Positions 50,369 to 64,000 of a stretch of 64,000 nucleotides of DNA are shown here, one piece after another. Made by a program: the position numbers and the translations under genes. The stretch covers positions 32,001 through 96,000 of the forward strand of contig CAWBKP010000015.1 in NCBI GenBank assembly GCA_963789395.1, in the 5' to 3' direction. This DNA comes from an uncultured delta proteobacterium. Lineage in GTDB: Bacteria; Desulfobacterota; Desulfobacteria; Desulfobacterales; Desulfatirhabdiaceae. The notes beneath the pieces are model-generated. The model made no database searches. It saw nothing but the letters and a program-made list of their open reading frames with translations, and was not told the origin of the DNA. Positions within the stretch are counted from its first letter, which is position 1, and every line of letters starts with the position of its first letter.

Positions 50369-52233
50369 ATGATCTCTGATATATCCCGAAAACCGGCGTC
50401 TGGTTTCAGCAGCGTCATTTTACGTGTCAATTTAACCAGCGCAACCATATCCAGGGAGGACCTGGATCCCCGGGTCGCCAGGGACTATATCGGCGGAAGG
50501 GGCTTGGGAATATATTTTTTACTTAAGGAAGTCAATCCGCGCTGCGATCCGCTGGGTTCTGACAACAAAATGATCCTTGCCTGCGGCCCCCTGACCGGTA
50601 CCCTGGCGCCAACCGGGGCCCGATACATGGTTACTACCAAATCCCCATTGACCGGCGCCATCACCTGCGCCAATTCCGGTGGAAACTTTCCGGCTGAACT
50701 CAGAAAATCAGGCTGCAATGCCATTATTCTTGAGGGGAAATCTTCAAAACCGGTGTATCTCTGGATAAACGGAGATAAGGCTGAACTGAGGCCCGCAGCG
50801 CATATCTGGGGGAAAACCACCCATGAAGCCGATGATATTTTAAAATCGGAAACCGACGAAAAAGCCAAAACATCGGTGATCGGCCCTGCCGGAGAGAATC
50901 TGTCGCTGATCGCATCCATCATGAATGACAGAGACAGAGCTGCCGGGCGCGGGGGCGTCGGTGCGGTGATGGGCAGCAAAAACCTCAAAGGCATCGTGGT
51001 CCGCGGCAAATTCGATGTTCCTCTGGCGGATCCAGTCGCTTTCAAGGCTGTCAGCAATCGATACCGGGATAAATTCAAAGAGGCCACCCGCGTGACCCCC
51101 CGGCATTGAGGGTTCACGGAACCGCCATAACGGTTGTTGGCACTCAGAATTTCGGCGTCTTCCCCACGCACAATTTCCAGCAGGGAACCTTTGACGGGTG
51201 GGAAGCCATTTACGGGGAAACGCTCACCAAAAAATATCTGATCAAGGCAAGACCCTGTTTCAGCTGTCCCATTGCCTGCGGGCGGGTCACCCGCATTCCG
51301 GACGGCCCCTATCAGGGCGAGGGGGAAGGGCCGGAGTATGAAACGGTTTATGCCCTGGGATCAGACTGCGGGGTCAGCGACCTGGCGGCACTGACAAAGG
51401 CCAATTACCTCTGCAATGAATTGGGGCTGGATACCATCAGCATGGGATCCGCCATAGCCTGCGCCATGGAACTGTCTGAAAAAGGATTTCTGCCGGTTGC
51501 CGATATCGGGCGCTCTCTGGCTTGGGGAGATGGAGATGCCGTGGTGTCTCTGGTTCGCCAGACCGCATATCGGGAAGGTTTTGGTGATGTCCTGGCAGAT
51601 GGCAGCCTGAGACTGGCCTCCCGATACGGCCATCCGGAACTGGCCATGGTATCCAAGGGCATGGATTTTGCCGGCTATGATCCCCGGGGCGTGCAAGGAT
51701 TGGGGCTGAATTATGCCACATCTCCCATCGGCGCCTCCCACATGCGCGGAGATACGGCATACTGCGAGCTTCTCGGCGTTCCCTACCCCGTGGATCCCCA
51801 TTCCTGGGAAGATAAATCCGAGATGGTCGCAAGATGGCAGAATATTTTTGCCATCATTGACGCTGCCGGCCTTTGCGTGTTTTTTACAGTCCGGTATCTG
51901 GTGGAACCCACCCTGAACCTTCGTCCCACTGGCATTATGGAACTTTTAAACGCCGCCACCGGCGCCGATTATACCCTGGAAGAGCTTGAAATGGCCGGAG
52001 AGCGTATTTTTAATGCCGAACGGCTGTTTATCAACCGGGCCGGATTTGACCGAAAGCAGGACACCCTCCCGCCGCGGATGACCGCCGAGCCCATGCCTGC
52101 CGGCCCCTCAAAAGGGAAAGTCTGTCATCTGGAAGAAATGCTGGATCCCTACTACCGGTTCAGGGGCTGGACACCAGATGGCATCCCCACCGCTGGAAAA
52201 TTAGCTGAGCTGGGGCTGGCACAGATCGGTTAA
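50369..52233 (+). CDS. aor: Tungsten-type aldehyde:ferredoxin oxidoreductase (apparent frameshift near 51100)
   Basis: YIGGRG, KSPLTG, GRGGVGAVMGSKNLK; then CFSCPIAC, EGPEYET, LGLDTIS, DPRG, YYRFRGW. Confidence 0.9.
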
Positions 52234-53110
52234 CGCATCTTTCAGCTCAGGGAACCTGAAGACAAAGCCTGAAGCAATCAGTTTTTCAGGAATCACGCGC
52301 TGGCTGGCCAGGAGCGTTTCGGCAAATTCACCTAAAATGAGCCGAAGCGCAAATGACGGCGCAGGAAGAACCGCCGGTCTGCCAAGTACGGCTCCGAGGG
52401 TCCTGGCCAGCTCCCCGCTGGTAACCGGGTTCGGCGAGCAAAGATTCACCGCCCCCTGAATGGTCGCATTTTCCAGCATAAACATCAGGCCGGCCAGAAG
52501 GTCCGCGATGTGTATCCAGGAAAACCATTGCCGGCCGCTTCCCATCGGTCCGCCGACACCCCACTTAAATGGCGTAATCATCTGCTTCAGCGCGCCGCCG
52601 GATCTGCCCATCACCACGCCAAAGCGCGCAGCAACAACCCGGACATTCTTTTTCTCCGCCTCAAACGCCTCGTGTTCCCAGTCTTTTCCCAACCGGGACA
52701 AAAAATCCCTGCCGCATGGCTCAGCTTCGGTAAGAATGTCATCCCCCCTGCTGCCATAATAGCCGACCGCAGACGTGCTGATCAGGATCTGAGGCCGATC
52801 GCCTGTCATTCCCTCAACGACATGGCGGGTGGTAAGAATGCGGCTGTCGTAAATCTGCTGCTTGTAGGCACGCGTCCAGCGCTGAAAAATGGACATTCCC
52901 GCCAGATTGATCACCGCATCCACATCCTTCAACGCATGCTGCCAGGAACCTTTTTGCGTCGTATCCGCAGAAATCGCATGAAAACGCCCAGAACGTGATG
53001 GCAGGTGCCGATGAGCGCCCGATAACGGTGACTTCATGCTCGTCTTGCAGCAACTGCTGTGTCAGAAAAGAACCGACAAATCCGGTTCCGCCGGTTATCA
53101 GAAATTTCAT
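52201..53110 (-). CDS. TIGR01777/YfcH-family NAD-dependent epimerase (frameshifted)
   Basis: MKFLITGGTGFVG; DAVINLAG, SAVGYYG, GSGRQWFSWIH, SQRVIP. Confidence 0.9.
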
Positions 53111-53235
53111 CCTGGCCCTCCTTTGATGATAAACAAAAAGAAGTGAGCAGATCGGAGTTCCATTTCAGACACCTGTGAGCCCTTTGTCTGAAAACAACCC
53201 GGCCCATCTCATACCGGCAGCTTCCTGCAGATGGG

Positions 53236-53954
53236 TTAACCGATATTGAATTTGCCGGATTCGATATACGGCGCATCTTCGACATCAATGGCATGTACAA
53301 TATCCTTGTTCAGCCTCAGCTTCATCTCCTGAATCACGGCCCGTTTCTTATTCACGGATTTGGCAAATGCCAGGGCCTGAGGCATCAGATCCTGCAAGGA
53401 ACAGGCCTGGGTAATGATATGATGCTGTTCGCACATCAGCGGCTGTCAGGCGATTTCCGGTATATTCCATTTCTTCGAGTTTATACATGGGAATGGCCTT
53501 TTTCAGCAGGGCATTCATCCCCGGCAAAAAAGGGATCCCCAGGTCCACTTCCGGAAAGCAGAAAAACCCCCTGTCCGAGCGCATGAACCGGAAATCGAAT
53601 GCACAGCACAGGATGGCGCCGCCTGCAAAGGCGTGGCCGCTGATCGCGGCAACAGTCACCAGAGGATAAGTGACGATGCGCTTAAATAATCGGTTCAACA
53701 GACAGAAAAAATACCTTTGCTCCCTGGACATCCCCTTTCTGAATGACCGGAACCAGCCACGCCAGATCAATGCCATTGGAAAAAATCTTTTCATGAGACG
53801 ATGTCACCACAAGCGTTGTGGCTTCGGTTTTACTTTCAATTTCATCCAGCACAGATAAAAAACTATCTAAAAAAGATGGATTAAAGTGATTCTCTCCGCT
53901 GTTCAGGGTGACAACCGCCACATGTCCATCCACAATATAGTCAATCACCGCCAT
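53236..53954 (-). CDS. Enoyl-CoA hydratase/isomerase (crotonase) family protein (frameshifted)
   Basis: [48 protein letters not shown] across three frames. Confidence 0.85.
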
Positions 53955-53966
53955 GATTTCCTCCTC

Positions 53967-55336
53967 CTAAAAAACATATTCAATACCAAGCGTTATGCCA
54001 TATTGATAAAATAGATCCGAATTCGGTTTCCGTACTGCCGATAGTTCTGGTTTCCATTCATAAAAAGCTGCGTATGATCGCCAAGATCATATCCTAAATA
54101 TGGTAATAAACTGGCTGGATGTGTCATCAAGATTAATGGTACAGCGGATCATCAGGTTCAGTTTTTCCCAGATTTGTGTTTCCTGATACTGCAGCATGAG
54201 ATAATTCTGCCGAAGAAGCCTCAATTTGGGATCCAGCGTGTGCAGCAGGGCCAATTTCGAAAGATCGCCTAACGGGTTAAGGATAATCGTAAAACCGGGA
54301 AGCCACCCGTCTGTATTGATAGTATGATTCAGCCTCTTCGCGGGAATATCCTGCACTGTTGAAAACATATTCCGCAGGTAACCGTCTGGCCGGATTCAAA
54401 GGTGTAGGATCCGCCCAACAACCATAACGCTTCAAGGGATGTTGAATCCTCTTTTGCAGCCACCATTCGAATAAATTCCAGGTCATTCGGCTGAAAATCC
54501 TTTTTTTCGGGATACAGTGCATTTGTGCCTGCGGAAAAACTTCCCTCGGTGTAGAGCATCAAGCCATCGGATACCGTCCATCCGCCAAAACCGCCAAGAT
54601 GAAACCGGTCATTTTCGGTGTAGGAACCGATCAGGCTGGCATATTTTCGAAACGCCGTGTAATCCATTTTCATCGCATAGGTGGGTTCGAATCCATACGG
54701 GAAAGTCTGTTCCCCTTTGCCGACATTGTCGATTAATCGAGAGGGTCCACGCCGGATTCATCACCCAGACCGTGCGCACAAAATCCATTCCTCTAACCTC
54801 CTGCCTGGGGTTGGATTGTCCGTTGTCCCTGAAAAACGGGTTGGATGGCGACAACAGATATGATGGCCCCCACTGAAGATTCTCCCTGCCATACGATACG
54901 AACCAGTTTTCATGGAGCCTGTAGCTGGCCAGCCATTCATTGACAAATATATCATCATCGGTTTTACTCTGTCCTTTCAGCGGACCATCCTCCCACTCCT
55001 GCCAGGTTTCGAAAAACCTGGGTTTAATGCTCAATTTAATATCTCGAAACGCCAGGGAAAAGTCCGGACGGAATTCACCTTTAAGGGCATAGCGGGGAAT
55101 CTGAAGAAAATCGTTATCGGGGATTTTGCGTTGAATCCAGGCTGAATTACCGAACCTGAAATCACGGTCTTAAACAGGTAGTTAAATCCTTCCGCCAATT
55201 CGCCTGTCCAGGCCGAATCAGCGGGTTGTTGTGTGTCTTCTAAAGCCGGAAGGGAGAGAATTCCGCTGAAAACGTCTTCAGGGGCCCCCAGATTCCGAAA
55301 ATCACCAGCAAAAACGTGATACTGAATGTATTCCAT
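53967..55336 (-). CDS. Putative outer-membrane beta-barrel protein (multiple frameshifts)
   Basis: Collinear fragments (SYGRENLQWGPSYLLSPSNPF, LRQNYLMLQY) ending ITLGIEYVF*, with a terminal Phe beta-signal. Follows the LolA-like gene. Confidence 0.6.
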
Positions 55337-55367
55337 GAATTCACTGCAGAATTTGACTCCTGATTTT

Positions 55368-58231
<2,864 letters not shown>

Positions 58232-58252
58232 ATGAATAAAAGAAATAATCAA

Positions 58253-64000
<5,748 letters not shown>

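Noticed and set aside
58234..58241. AATAAA in the spacer as a eukaryotic polyadenylation signal
   Set aside because: It lies after, not before, the poly-A run, and is expected by chance in 26 nt of A/T-rich sequence.

Overview
Bacterial chromosomal segment. Gene content and order suggest a deltaproteobacterial (Desulfobacterales-like) anaerobe; this is an inference. It is probably an unpolished long-read sequence, because apparent frameshifts fall even in ftsZ and murD and 56060-64000 is almost pure poly-A then poly-T. From left to right: (1) a decayed type I restriction-modification locus (hsdM 3' remnant, YhcG/DUF1016, hsdS interrupted by an IS1634-family element); (2) the ffh-rpsP-khpA-rimM-trmD-SPOUT-rplS-rnhB-yraN-rsmI block, plus rlmN, a CYTH protein, queD, dnaJ and nadB; (3) a dcw cluster from mraZ to ftsZ that lacks ddl; (4) the most notable region, a 9.4 kb acyl-CoA catabolic cluster at 37501-46885. 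That cluster has two divergent acyl-CoA dehydrogenases, TetR, a PHP protein, two thiolase-fold proteins without the catalytic Cys that resemble actinobacterial Ltp4/Ltp3 aldol-lyases, an acyl-CoA ligase-SCP2-DUF35 triple fusion and a DUF35-MaoC fusion. Together these look like a self-contained retro-aldol route for bulky or branched (possibly steroid) acids. (5) Then come a NifU-like gene, ilvE, a UDPGP-family UGPase, AOR, and a minus-strand run of LolA-like, beta-barrel, crotonase and TIGR01777 genes cut off by the homopolymer artefact. All calls come from motif recognition only; no searches were run.
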